Positions 36,853-46,597 of a stretch of DNA of 55,421 nucleotides are shown here, in pieces. Below the pieces are notes generated by a model. It searched no databases and was not told the DNA's origin. It saw only the letters and a program-made list of their open reading frames with translations. A program made the translations under genes and the position numbers. Location: positions 1 through 55,421 of the forward strand of contig JAYWGM010000004.1 in the NCBI GenBank assembly GCA_043778225.1, given 5' to 3'. Within the stretch, counting starts at the first letter, position 1, and each line of letters starts with the position of its first letter. Source of the stretch: Deinococcales bacterium (GTDB lineage Bacteria > Deinococcota > Deinococci > Deinococcales > JAAFIG01).

Positions 36853-37827
36853 ATGACCAACAGCCCGCAAACCCAATTGTATCGCCCATTTTGGCTCGGT
36901 GCTTGGGGGGCGGTCTTGATTGCTTCGTTTGGCGGTTGGTTGGCTGAACCGATGCTTTGGCTCGAGGCTGGTGTGTTTTTGGCGTTCAATACAGCTATTG
37001 TTTTTATCTGTTTACGCTATTTCAAAAATTTTCCAGAAAATACCACTGCTGCCCAAATGATTCTTGGTTTAGTGCTGACGCTTTTATTTTTGGCATACAC
37101 CAACCCAACTTGGAACGCTCTGGGACTTAGCGGGGTGATTTATGGGGTTTTGGCAGCCCCTTTTGCCTTGGGTATGGCTTTGGTTTGGGGCTGGGCTGGA
37201 CTACTGATTAACCTTGCCACTTTGTTGGTTCTGGTTTATTTGCCTTCGAGTCGCCTTGAGCCAACTATTTTGGGTATTTTGGTCTTTCTTATCCATAGCA
37301 TTCTTGGCTGGAGGTTACGAATTTTTTTTCAGAGCTTTGAAGTCCGTCAGCGCGAACTCGAGCATTCAATCAGTACCGATGTCCTGACCCAAATTGGCAA
37401 TCGAAGGGCATTGCTCGAGGATTTTGCTAAATTCCAAAATATCGCCCAAAAACAAGGTTTGCCGCTTTTACTGACCAGTTGGGATGTGGACGGCTTAAAA
37501 CGCATTAACGATCGCAAAGGACACCAAGCTGGCGACCAATACATCCAAAGTTTTGTGGCAGCCTTGCAAGAAGCGGTGCGCGAAAAAGATGGTTTATACC
37601 GCACGGGTGGCGATGAATTTGTGGCTTTACACCTCGGGCTTGCCAGTGGTGGCAAACTCTACGAACGAGTTCGGGGCAATTTTCCCAATGTTTCTGGTGG
37701 TTGGTCTCGAGCCACCAACCTGACCCTCGACCAAGCCCTAACCGAAGCCGATGTCCAGATGTATGCCGAAAAACGCGCCCACAAAGCAATTGTCACCCGA
37801 ATTATTGGTGAATCACAGACACGGTAA
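36853..37827 (+). CDS. Membrane-bound GGDEF diguanylate cyclase
   Basis: TM N-terminus; DVLTQIGNRR, DVDGLKRIND..GHQAGD, RTGGDEF and ADVQMY motifs. Confidence 0.92.
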   Translation: MTNSPQTQLYRPFWLGAWGAVLIASFGGWLAEPMLWLEAGVFLAFNTAIVFICLRYFKNFPENTTAAQMILGLVLTLLFLAYTNPTWNALGLSGVIYGVLAAPFALGMALVWGWAGLLINLATLLVLVYLPSSRLEPTILGILVFLIHSILGWRLRIFFQSFEVRQRELEHSISTDVLTQIGNRRALLEDFAKFQNIAQKQGLPLLLTSWDVDGLKRINDRKGHQAGDQYIQSFVAALQEAVREKDGLYRTGGDEFVALHLGLASGGKLYERVRGNFPNVSGGWSRATNLTLDQALTEADVQMYAEKRAHKAIVTRIIGESQTR

Positions 37828-37871
37828 TTTTAATGCGCTAAGTTCTGGATTCATTTTGCGAAGGAGTGTTT

Positions 37872-38342
37872 ATGCCTCATGGTTCAATGACTGCTGTCAT
37901 CCAAGCACCCAGTACAAAAGTATTTTTGTTATTCCATGATTACGATAAAAGACTGGAATGGGACACACTATTAAGAGCCGCTTATTTAACAGATGGCTGG
38001 AAAACAGCCCAACTTCATGCCACATCGGTTTGCGTGGGGCGAGTTGGCTTGGGTGGATTTGCTGTTAAAACAAGGTATATTTCGTTCAAACCCCCATTTG
38101 TGGCAGCAATTCAATTGGTGAACCATCCACCTTTTTTTGAGACTTTTGCCGCTACAATTCGGCATCGTGACCTAGAAAACGGCAAATCTGAAATTGAGTA
38201 TCTATACAGCTTTAGGGCGCGTCCAAAATGGTTACGGTGGTTACTTCATCCACTCATGTCTTTGATTTTTCGTTACGAGACCAGAAAACGACTTGAGGCG
38301 TTAGCTGCATTTTTTGCGCCAGTGTCACATACTTACGCTTAA
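37872..38342 (+). CDS. SRPBCC/polyketide cyclase-like protein
   Basis: VF..FHDYDKRLEWD and PPFFETFAA motifs; AAGGAG RBS before the ATG at 37872. Confidence 0.75.
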   Translation: MPHGSMTAVIQAPSTKVFLLFHDYDKRLEWDTLLRAAYLTDGWKTAQLHATSVCVGRVGLGGFAVKTRYISFKPPFVAAIQLVNHPPFFETFAATIRHRDLENGKSEIEYLYSFRARPKWLRWLLHPLMSLIFRYETRKRLEALAAFFAPVSHTYA

Positions 38343-38423
38343 AAAATTATCCCACGCTGTCGAGGCAGTTGAACCCACGCTATCGGGGCATCATACCCAC
38401 ACCAAAAACGTAAACTCGAGACC

Positions 38424-39476
38424 ATGAAACGCTGGTGGAAATTGATTGTTTTTGGAGTTTTTTTTGCTGTTGCCGCCGGCTTGGCTTGGGGCTTTGTGCA
38501 GGTTTTGTCATTGCAGCCTCCTGTTCAAGAGCCAAATATCAACACCCGACGGGCGGCTCGGGTCTACCGCGAAACCACAACTTTTGCGCCCATCAGCGCT
38601 TATCGGCTCGAAAATAGCGTTTACAGTGCCAGTGGAGGAAAACGGGTTCTGGTGATGCTGCCCGACCTTGGCACAGGTGCATGGAGCTTTGCCCCATGGA
38701 TGCAGGAATTACGGGCTTTTGAACGTCATGCAGTGGCATACCGCAACATGATGGGCGCAGCCCCAGCCAGCAATGCAACGCTTAAAGATTACGAACAAGA
38801 TGCTCGAGAAAAAATAGAAAAAACTCGCCGTGGACGAAAAATTGTGTTGCTTGGTCAGGGTATAGGGGCATATTTTGCCTTAAAAATTGCCGCCGAACGC
38901 CCAGCATGGCTTGAGGGGCTGATTCTGGTTGCGCCTTACACCCCGCGCCCTTGGAATGGAGTACAGCTTGGGGTGGCGCAGTTTCTTGGGCAACAGATTT
39001 ATAACGGTGTCTACTCGAGCCAAGCTGCCAGCACCGAGTTCTGGCGCAAAAACTTTGGCAATGGTTTTGTGCAAGGTGGCTTAAAGGATAAATTCCTCGA
39101 GCAGTACGCCCTAAAACGCCAACCATTTGAATTCCGAGAAGCCCTGATGCAGTCCTTATTTGACCCGATGCCACAATTGCCAACTTGGTATGCCGCCCTC
39201 GAGTCAGCCAAATTTCCCGTGCTGCATATCATTGCTCGTTACGACACAACCAACGCCATCGGTGGGCAGCGTTTATTGCGCGAAGACCTGAGCAAAACCC
39301 TTGGCTCGAGGTACAGCGTAGCCATTTTGAACAGTGGCAAGTATGTTTCGATGGATTGGCGTTGGCGGCAAGCCGCACAGGTGCTGACCGATTTTCTCGA
39401 GGATTTGAAGGTAAAGCAAAACACCATCGAAAACGAAGTGGCGCTTGACCCCCTGACCGACAAGGCTGATAAGTGA
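38424..39476 (+). CDS. Membrane-anchored alpha/beta hydrolase-fold protein, possibly inactive
   Basis: IVLLGQGIGAYFALKIA...LEGLILVAP; leaderless TAAACT-7nt-ATG. Confidence 0.7.
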   Translation: MKRWWKLIVFGVFFAVAAGLAWGFVQVLSLQPPVQEPNINTRRAARVYRETTTFAPISAYRLENSVYSASGGKRVLVMLPDLGTGAWSFAPWMQELRAFERHAVAYRNMMGAAPASNATLKDYEQDAREKIEKTRRGRKIVLLGQGIGAYFALKIAAERPAWLEGLILVAPYTPRPWNGVQLGVAQFLGQQIYNGVYSSQAASTEFWRKNFGNGFVQGGLKDKFLEQYALKRQPFEFREALMQSLFDPMPQLPTWYAALESAKFPVLHIIARYDTTNAIGGQRLLREDLSKTLGSRYSVAILNSGKYVSMDWRWRQAAQVLTDFLEDLKVKQNTIENEVALDPLTDKADK

Positions 39477-40465
39477 TAAATGTTCATGGGCGACGGGTGA
39501 CGTTTACCGCACCAGAAAAAGCCACCCACCTGATTGGCGATTTCACCGACGACCTCGACCGCCCAATTGCGATCAAAACTGGTCAAAGCATCAGCCTCGA
39601 GTTTCCACTGAACGCTTTGATCGAATACTGCTTTTTAGACTCGAGTGGCGCTAGGCTTACCGACCCCAATAATCCAAACAACGCCGAGAATCCGTGGTGG
39701 CGCGAATACCGCTCGGTACAACTCGAGGGTTATGTGGCGCACCCCTTGCGTGATGCGCTACCCAATGCCCCACAAGGCAGCAGCCAGTCTTTGGTCTGGG
39801 AAAGCCAAATTTTAAGCGGCAAACGCCGTGCCTATCTGCATTTGCCAGCTAATTTTGACCCAAGTCTCGAGTACCCAGTTTTTTTGGTTCAGGATGGTGT
39901 GGCATTTCGTCGCACAGGTAAACTCGGGGTGGTACATGATAATTTGGTTCACCTACAAAAAATTCGTCCCTGCATTTTTTGTTTTCTCGAGCCACACAAC
40001 CGCACCCAAGAGTATTATTTTAATCCAGCCTACCTCGAGTTTTTAAGCACCGAGGTCATACCGCGCCTTGAGCAGCAATTCAAAGTCCTAGAGTACGGCT
40101 TGTGGGGGGCAAGTCTTGGGGGCTTGGCAAGCCTCTATGCTGCAATTCACGCCCCCAAACGCTTTCCAATGGTCGTGACGCAAAGTGGCGCGTTCCAAGG
40201 GCAACCCAACTCTACTTATGCCCGAGGCGCAGCCAACTGGCTGACCCAACAACTCGAGAACCAAGAAACTCTACCGCTCCGAATCAGTGCCGACTGCGGC
40301 ACGCTCGAGTGGCTGACTGGTACAAACCGAAATTTTGCCGCCATGCTCCACACCAAAGGCTACAACCATCAGTACCTCGAGCGCCCAAGCGGACACAACT
40401 GGGTCACATGGCGCAATGGTCTGGCGGCACATCTCGAGTGGCATCTAGGGCGAGAGCAAGGTTAA
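39473..40465 (+). CDS. Fes/IroD-like esterase family protein
   Basis: YLHLPANF, YPVFLVQDG, GASLGG, QSGAF and GHNWVTW motifs. Confidence 0.88.
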   Translation: MINVHGRRVTFTAPEKATHLIGDFTDDLDRPIAIKTGQSISLEFPLNALIEYCFLDSSGARLTDPNNPNNAENPWWREYRSVQLEGYVAHPLRDALPNAPQGSSQSLVWESQILSGKRRAYLHLPANFDPSLEYPVFLVQDGVAFRRTGKLGVVHDNLVHLQKIRPCIFCFLEPHNRTQEYYFNPAYLEFLSTEVIPRLEQQFKVLEYGLWGASLGGLASLYAAIHAPKRFPMVVTQSGAFQGQPNSTYARGAANWLTQQLENQETLPLRISADCGTLEWLTGTNRNFAAMLHTKGYNHQYLERPSGHNWVTWRNGLAAHLEWHLGREQG

Positions 40466-40581
40466 AAGGTAAAAAGTAGAAAAGGTTAAAAGTACAGTCC
40501 TTTAACCTTTTAACCTTTTAACCTTTTAACCTTTTAACCCTTTGCCCTTTGCCCTTTGCCCTTTTAACCCTGCCCTACCCC
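40458..40581. repeat. Octamer/heptamer short-tandem-repeat element, inverted homologue of 5145-5226
   Basis: GGTTAAAA units, then about five CCTTTTAA and three CCCTTTG units. Shares the variant AAAAGTAGAAAAGG and the terminal ACCCTGCCC with the reverse complement of the 5.2-kb locus. Confidence 0.85.
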
Positions 40582-40639
40582 TATATCTTGCGTTTAGAAA
40601 ATCACTGACCTCGAGTGGCTGTATGGTAGAGTATTTTCT

Positions 40640-43600
40640 ATGGCAAGTCCTCAAGTTTCCCCACCCCCAATTGCGAAACCGAAAATCAGTCGGAAACGCA
40701 AGAAAGCTGTTGCCGTTAATACTCCTGCTCGAGTGGCGGATGTCGAAGCGGTTGGACTGATTTTGTTTGGTGTGGCAATCATGGCGTTGTTCACGGTTTT
40801 TGCACCACCGAGCATCGCGGCTTTTGCGACTTGGCAAAATGGTTTACGCGGGGCGCTTGGTTGGGGAATGTACTATTTGCCGTTGCCCTTTTTGGTCTTT
40901 GGTGGCTTATTGCTCTTAAAACGCAAAGTCGGTCTGGCGGCTCGAGTGCTGCTCGGTATTTTGGTCATGACTGTGGCTGGTTTATTGGGGGCAGCCTTTT
41001 TTGACCCCAAAATTGCGGGGTCGTTAGCCCGCAGCGTGGTTATCCCAATGAAAGTCGTGATGCCCCTACCGCTTATTTTGATTGTTTTTCTTGGCAGCCT
41101 TGGGCTTGAAATTACGCTGGGTTGGCGACGCACCCGAATTGCTCGAGCCGCCGCCCGAATCACCAGTCTGGGCTTACTTGGGGCAGCCAGTGCCACGGGT
41201 GCAGCCGCCAAGCGTGCCAAAGATGCCACCAACCGATTGAGTTTGCAGATGGTGGCGCGGCGTGGTTACGACAGTGCCAGCCGCGATATAAGCGAACTCC
41301 AAGATTTGTACAGTGGCTCGAGCGATTTATCTTCGTGGCAACGCGAAATTGAACGTGGCAACGATGCGATTAACGATGCCGACGAAACCCGCCTGCAAGG
41401 ACTGCGCGACGAAGCCAGCCAGTTTCGGTCTCGGGTTGCGGCGTTTACCCAAGCCCGAGGTAAAGACATTGCCGAAGGCTTGGCGCTCGAGGAAGTTGGT
41501 GCATTGCTACTGCTCGATGAAGCCCGTAAGCAACTGCAAAATCCTGTGTTGAGTAAAAATTTGGCGGCTTTGGCGCTCGAGGAAGTGCGCCGTGGTTTAC
41601 AACTCGAGACCAAAGCCCTCGAAGAAACCGAGCGCAAGCTGGTGCGTGAGCGTGACAACGCCAGCCGCAGTTTGGCGGCAACTTTGCGCCCCAACGATTT
41701 ACGGCTTGAACTCGAGCGCCACGACCAACGTTTGGAACGCAACAAGCAACTGCGGGTCAAGTGCGAACATCTGTTGACTCGAGTTGCGCCAATGGCTGGT
41801 TGGCACGATTTTATTGCTCGGCTCGAGAACCGCACCGAAGCTGATGTGCTTGGCTTTATCAAAAACCTCGAATCGAGTTTACAAAATGGCAAAGCCGATG
41901 TGCTACCCGAATTACCGCACTGGACAAGCGATTTAGAAACGCTCGAGCGCAGTTTAATTTTGCAAAAAGACCAAGCCGCCGCACTCGAGCAAGCCCAAGT
42001 GGTCTGGGATGAAATAGACAAAAAAAGCCAAGCAAACGTGATTTACAACGCCACTTTTGAACTCGAGTACCCCAACGGGCAGTTTGTGTCCGGCGAGGAT
42101 GCCAACCGTGTGATTCGTGGTCTCGAGACGGTGGACATCGGACTCGAGAACCAAGGCGATGATGCTGCACCATGGCAAGAATCTAGCTGGGCAAAAGACC
42201 AGACTGCCGCATGGGTCTCGCCCGCTGAACGCGCCGCCCAGAAAATGGAAGCGGCACGGCTACAAAAAGCCAATGGTTTGCAGCAAAACACCGAAAAGAA
42301 CTTTAACGATAATCACGGTATTGCGGCTGGAATTGCTGACAGTGGGGTTGGCGAACGACTGCGTTTTGACCCAAGCAAAGCGGTGGGTGCAATTCCAATT
42401 CAAGTTCCCAGCACTGCTTTTTTGGACCCAATGCAGGTCTCGGGCATCGATATGGTGGCATTTGATCGCGCTGCAAGGGAGCGCGGCGCAATTCTTGATG
42501 AGTGCTTTAAGAACTTTGGGGTTAATGCTAAGGTCTTAACTTTTGCTCGAGGTCCAACCGTGACCCGCTTTGAGGTCGAACCCGCACCCGGCGAAAAAAT
42601 TGCCCGTATCGCCAGTCTGCAAAACGACATTGCTCGAGTCTTAGCGGTCGGTGGAATCCGCTTAGAAGCACCTGTTCCCGGCAAAAGTGTGGTCGGTATC
42701 GAAGTGCCAAATGTTGACCGCGAGCCGATTACTTTTAGGCAGGGCATCGAAAGTAAAAGTTTTCAGAGTGGCAAGCAAAAACTGCCACTGATGCTCGGAA
42801 AAAGCATTGACGGCGAAATGGTGGTGGACGACCTTGTGCGAATGCCGCATTTGTTAATTGCGGGCAGCACTGGCTCGGGCAAATCGGTCTGTGTCAACAC
42901 CCTCATCATGAGCCTGTTATTCAGGTATTTACCGACCCAAATGCGCTTTGTGATGATTGACCCAAAAATGGTCGAACTTACGCCCTACGACGGTATTCCG
43001 CACTTGGTACGCCCTGTTGTGACCAATCCATCCGATGCGGCTGGGGTGCTGCTTGGCTGTGTTGCCCACATGGAGCGGCGTTACAAAATGATGTCCGAAG
43101 TCCAAGCCAAGAATTTAGAGCAGTACAACGAAAAAGCTCGAGCCACGGGCGACCCCGAACTGCCATTTTTAGTGATTATCATCGACGAGCTTGCCGACTT
43201 AATGATTACCAGCCCCAAGGAAGTCGAAAGCAGCATCATGCGCTTAGCCCAAATGGCTCGAGCCACCGGAATGCACTTGGTCTTAGCCACCCAACGCCCC
43301 AGTGCCGATGTGCTGACGGGCTTAATTAAAGTCAATGTACCCGCCCGAATTGCCTTTGCGGTCTCTTCGGGCATAGACAGCCGTACCATTCTGGACAGTA
43401 TGGGTGCAGAGCGATTAACCGGCAACGGCGATATGCTCTTTTACCGCCCGGGACTGAGTAAAGCCACCCGCCTTCAGGGACCGTATATTTCCGAAGCTGA
43501 ACTGGCACGGATTACCGAATTTTTACGCAAACAGCATTACGAAGACGACTTTGGCGAAACCTATGGCTCGGATTTTGATGGGATAGCTGAAGCTGCCAGC

Positions 43601-43855
43601 ACTGGCAAAGTTGACTCGAGCATGATTGACTTTGGCGACCCCCTAATTAAAAAAGCCGCCGAAGTGGTCTGTGAAGAAGGCTACGCCGCCGTCTCGAGGC
43701 TACAACGCCGTTTAAGTGTCGGTCATGCCCGAGGTGGCAAACTGATAGATGCGCTCGAGTCTATGGGGATTGTCGGCGGGTACAAAGGCAGCAAGTCTCG
43801 GGAAGTGCTGATAACTTCTGACCAGTTACCAGAGTATTTTGGAAAACCAAATTAG
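40640..43855 (+). CDS. ftsK: DNA translocase FtsK
   Basis: TM N-domain, coiled coil, [39 protein letters not shown], and gamma domain [12 protein letters not shown]. Confidence 0.97.
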   Translation: MASPQVSPPPIAKPKISRKRKKAVAVNTPARVADVEAVGLILFGVAIMALFTVFAPPSIAAFATWQNGLRGALGWGMYYLPLPFLVFGGLLLLKRKVGLAARVLLGILVMTVAGLLGAAFFDPKIAGSLARSVVIPMKVVMPLPLILIVFLGSLGLEITLGWRRTRIARAAARITSLGLLGAASATGAAAKRAKDATNRLSLQMVARRGYDSASRDISELQDLYSGSSDLSSWQREIERGNDAINDADETRLQGLRDEASQFRSRVAAFTQARGKDIAEGLALEEVGALLLLDEARKQLQNPVLSKNLAALALEEVRRGLQLETKALEETERKLVRERDNASRSLAATLRPNDLRLELERHDQRLERNKQLRVKCEHLLTRVAPMAGWHDFIARLENRTEADVLGFIKNLESSLQNGKADVLPELPHWTSDLETLERSLILQKDQAAALEQAQVVWDEIDKKSQANVIYNATFELEYPNGQFVSGEDANRVIRGLETVDIGLENQGDDAAPWQESSWAKDQTAAWVSPAERAAQKMEAARLQKANGLQQNTEKNFNDNHGIAAGIADSGVGERLRFDPSKAVGAIPIQVPSTAFLDPMQVSGIDMVAFDRAARERGAILDECFKNFGVNAKVLTFARGPTVTRFEVEPAPGEKIARIASLQNDIARVLAVGGIRLEAPVPGKSVVGIEVPNVDREPITFRQGIESKSFQSGKQKLPLMLGKSIDGEMVVDDLVRMPHLLIAGSTGSGKSVCVNTLIMSLLFRYLPTQMRFVMIDPKMVELTPYDGIPHLVRPVVTNPSDAAGVLLGCVAHMERRYKMMSEVQAKNLEQYNEKARATGDPELPFLVIIIDELADLMITSPKEVESSIMRLAQMARATGMHLVLATQRPSADVLTGLIKVNVPARIAFAVSSGIDSRTILDSMGAERLTGNGDMLFYRPGLSKATRLQGPYISEAELARITEFLRKQHYEDDFGETYGSDFDGIAEAASTGKVDSSMIDFGDPLIKKAAEVVCEEGYAAVSRLQRRLSVGHARGGKLIDALESMGIVGGYKGSKSREVLITSDQLPEYFGKPN

Positions 43856-43885
43856 TCGGCTATACTTAATACAAGAGGTGAAGTT

Positions 43886-44149
43886 ATGACCCTACAACTG
43901 GAGCTAACCAAAAACACCGAGCAAATTCTGACCAGAACCGCACTACAAAATGGAATGCAGCCCGCCGAATATGTAACCTATTTGCTCGAGCAAAGTTTGA
44001 AACCAAAAACGGGGGTCGAACTGCTTGAACAATGGCTTTCTGATAAAAATTCGGACAACCAACGCGAACAGAACGAAACTTTTAATGATTTGCAACATAA
44101 CTTAGACCAAAATCGAGTTGCTGACGCTCGCAAACTCTTTTCAAAATGA
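43886..44149 (+). CDS. Putative antitoxin upstream of the PIN toxin
   Basis: MTLQLEL...EQ..T...L...LDQNR...RKLF; ATGA overlap with the PIN gene. Confidence 0.7.
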   Translation: MTLQLELTKNTEQILTRTALQNGMQPAEYVTYLLEQSLKPKTGVELLEQWLSDKNSDNQREQNETFNDLQHNLDQNRVADARKLFSK

Positions 44150-44592
44150 TCATCCTGCTTGACACGGGTCCGTTAGGTATGGTCACAAATCCTAACTCCA
44201 ATCCTAAAAATTTGGCTTGTACGACATGGCTACTTGCCCAAGCTCGAGCAAAGCACCGAATTATCATTCCCGAGATTGCCGATTATGAATTGCGCCGCGA
44301 ACTTCTACGTGCCAACAAAACCAAAGGTTTAGAACGGCTTGAGCTATTTATCTCGAGTTTCGAGTATTTACCAATTGATACCGTCGCCATGAGAAATGCG
44401 GCTGAATGCTGGGCAAAAGCCAGACAGATAGGGCAACCAACAGCCCCAGATACTGCCCTTGATGGTGACATGATTCTGGTTGGGCAATGGAAAAGTTTGA
44501 ACGACCCTACTGCAATTATTGCTACAACTAACGTGCAGCACATTGCCAGATTCAGCAATGCACTGCATTGGGAAGAAATAACGAATGGGTGA
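44146..44592 (+). CDS. PIN domain (VapC-like) toxin
   Basis: ILLDTGPLG, PEIADYELRRELLR, LDGDMIL and IATTNVQH motifs. Confidence 0.88.
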   Translation: MIILLDTGPLGMVTNPNSNPKNLACTTWLLAQARAKHRIIIPEIADYELRRELLRANKTKGLERLELFISSFEYLPIDTVAMRNAAECWAKARQIGQPTAPDTALDGDMILVGQWKSLNDPTAIIATTNVQHIARFSNALHWEEITNG

Positions 44593-45130
44593 CTTCACTA
44601 GCCTTAATTTGCAAACTTCAATCATCGTCATGGGTGTCTCGGGTTGCGGCAAAACCACACTTGGGCGGTTACTAGCTTCTCGGCTCGAGTTGCCTTTTTT
44701 TGATGCCGACGATTTCCATGCTGAAACCAGTAAAGAAAAAATGATGGCTGGAATTCCACTGACCGATGCTGACCGCGCAACTTGGCTCGAGACACTGGCA
44801 GATATACTCGAGCAACAAATCTGTGTGCTGGCTTGCTCGGCACTAAAGGAAAAATACCGTCTCCAACTGGCTCGAGGTGCAAAAGTCACTTGGGTGTACT
44901 TACAGGGCAGCCAAGAATTAATTGTGTCTCGCTTGGCAGCTCGAGAGCATTTTTTTAATCCTGCACTGCTCGAGTCTCAGTTTGCAATCCTTGAAGAACC
45001 CACCCAAGCGATTGTACAAAGCATAAAACAGCCACTCGAGCAAATTCTCAAAGCTGTGCTTGGTGTATTGTCCACTTCGGATTTTCACCCTCATACCCTT
45101 AGAATGAGCCATGAAATCAAAAAAGGATAA
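44585..45130 (+). CDS. gntK: Gluconokinase
   Basis: MGVSGCGKTT, DADDFH, GIPLTDADR, ACSALK and LLESQF motifs. Confidence 0.93.
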   Translation: MGDFTSLNLQTSIIVMGVSGCGKTTLGRLLASRLELPFFDADDFHAETSKEKMMAGIPLTDADRATWLETLADILEQQICVLACSALKEKYRLQLARGAKVTWVYLQGSQELIVSRLAAREHFFNPALLESQFAILEEPTQAIVQSIKQPLEQILKAVLGVLSTSDFHPHTLRMSHEIKKG

Positions 45131-45133
45131 CTC

Positions 45134-46588
45134 ATGAATTTAGAAGCAGACATCGGCATTATCGGTTTGGCGGTGATGGGCGAAAACCTTGTGTTGAACA
45201 TGGCAAGTAAGGGTTTTACGGTTGCGGCATTTAACCGTACCACCTCCAAAGTCACGGCGTTCAAATCAGCCCGAGGCTCGAGTGAAAAAATTCTAGGCGC
45301 AACCTCATTGACCGATTTTGTGCAGTCCTTGGCGCGTCCGCGCCGCGTGATGCTGATGGTCAAGGCGGGTGAAGCCGTGGATTCAACCATCGCCCAATTG
45401 CTGCCTTTGCTCGAGGCTGGCGATATTATTATAGATGGTGGTAACAGCCACTTTGAGGATACCAACCGCCGCGTCAAGGAACTCGAGGCACATGGGATTT
45501 TATTTGTTGGTTCGGGTGTTTCGGGCGGCGAGGAAGGGGCGCTAAAAGGTCCAAGCATCATGCCGGGCGGCTCGAGTGCCGCTTGGCAGCATATCAAACC
45601 AATTTTTCAAGGCATTGCCGCCAAAGCCAAAGATGGTGCGCCGTGTTGCGAATGGCTGGGCGAGGCTGGGGCTGGGCATTTTGTCAAAATGGTGCATAAC
45701 GGCATCGAGTACGGCGATATGCAGATGATTTGCGAGGCGTACAGTTTGCTGCGTTTGGCTGGACTGGGCAATAGCCAAATTGCCGATGTCTTTACCGATT
45801 GGAATAAGGGCGAGTTAGAAAGTTACTTGGTCGAGATTACTGCCGAAATCCTGCGTAAAAAAGATGATGCCACGGGTCTGGATTTGGTGGACGTGATTCT
45901 CGATACGGCTGGACAAAAAGGCACTGGCAAATGGACTTCGACTGTGGCGCTCGATGTCGGTAGCCCAGCCAGCACCATTGCCGAAGCGGTTTTTGCGCGG
46001 TGCTTATCGGCACTCAAAGAAGAACGGGTTCGCGCCTCGAGCCTGATTGCCCCACCGCCAAGCCAAGCCATACAAAACCAAGCCGAATTTATTGAAGATG
46101 TGCGTCAGGCGCTTTTTGCCAGTAAAATCTGTTCCTATGCCCAAGGTTTCCAACTCATGCGCCTTGTAGCTGCCGAACAACAATGGAAACTCGAGTACGG
46201 TACGATTGCTGCAATTTGGCGTGGTGGCTGCATTATTCGGGCTGGTTTCCTCGAGAATATCCGTCAGGCGTATGCGACTGACTCGAGCCTCGCCAATTTA
46301 GTATTGGATTCGTACTTTGCGACCATTATTCAAAGTCACCAAGCGGCTTGGCGACGGGTGGTCTGCACTGCCACACTCAATGGCATTTGGATTCCAGCTT
46401 TCTCGAGTGCGCTGGCATATCTGGATGGCTACCGTACAGCACGGCTCAGCACCAACATTTTGCAAGCCCAACGCGATTACTTTGGAGCGCACACTTACGA
46501 GCGCACCGATAAAGCACGCGGTCAGTTTTTTCATACCAATTGGACTGGGCAGGGCGGCACAACCAGTGCCAGTACCTATAGTGTCTAA
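45134..46588 (+). CDS. gnd: 6-phosphogluconate dehydrogenase (NADP, decarboxylating)
   Basis: GLAVMGENL, GVSGGEEGA, KMVHNGIEYGDMQ and QAQRDYFGAHTY motifs. Confidence 0.98.
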   Translation: MNLEADIGIIGLAVMGENLVLNMASKGFTVAAFNRTTSKVTAFKSARGSSEKILGATSLTDFVQSLARPRRVMLMVKAGEAVDSTIAQLLPLLEAGDIIIDGGNSHFEDTNRRVKELEAHGILFVGSGVSGGEEGALKGPSIMPGGSSAAWQHIKPIFQGIAAKAKDGAPCCEWLGEAGAGHFVKMVHNGIEYGDMQMICEAYSLLRLAGLGNSQIADVFTDWNKGELESYLVEITAEILRKKDDATGLDLVDVILDTAGQKGTGKWTSTVALDVGSPASTIAEAVFARCLSALKEERVRASSLIAPPPSQAIQNQAEFIEDVRQALFASKICSYAQGFQLMRLVAAEQQWKLEYGTIAAIWRGGCIIRAGFLENIRQAYATDSSLANLVLDSYFATIIQSHQAAWRRVVCTATLNGIWIPAFSSALAYLDGYRTARLSTNILQAQRDYFGAHTYERTDKARGQFFHTNWTGQGGTTSASTYSV

Positions 46589-46597
46589 AGGACAATC

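Noticed and set aside
41200..42400. Long coiled-coil insert in FtsK as an intein or novel domain
   Set aside because: No intein splice motifs; FtsK linkers are normally long and variable.
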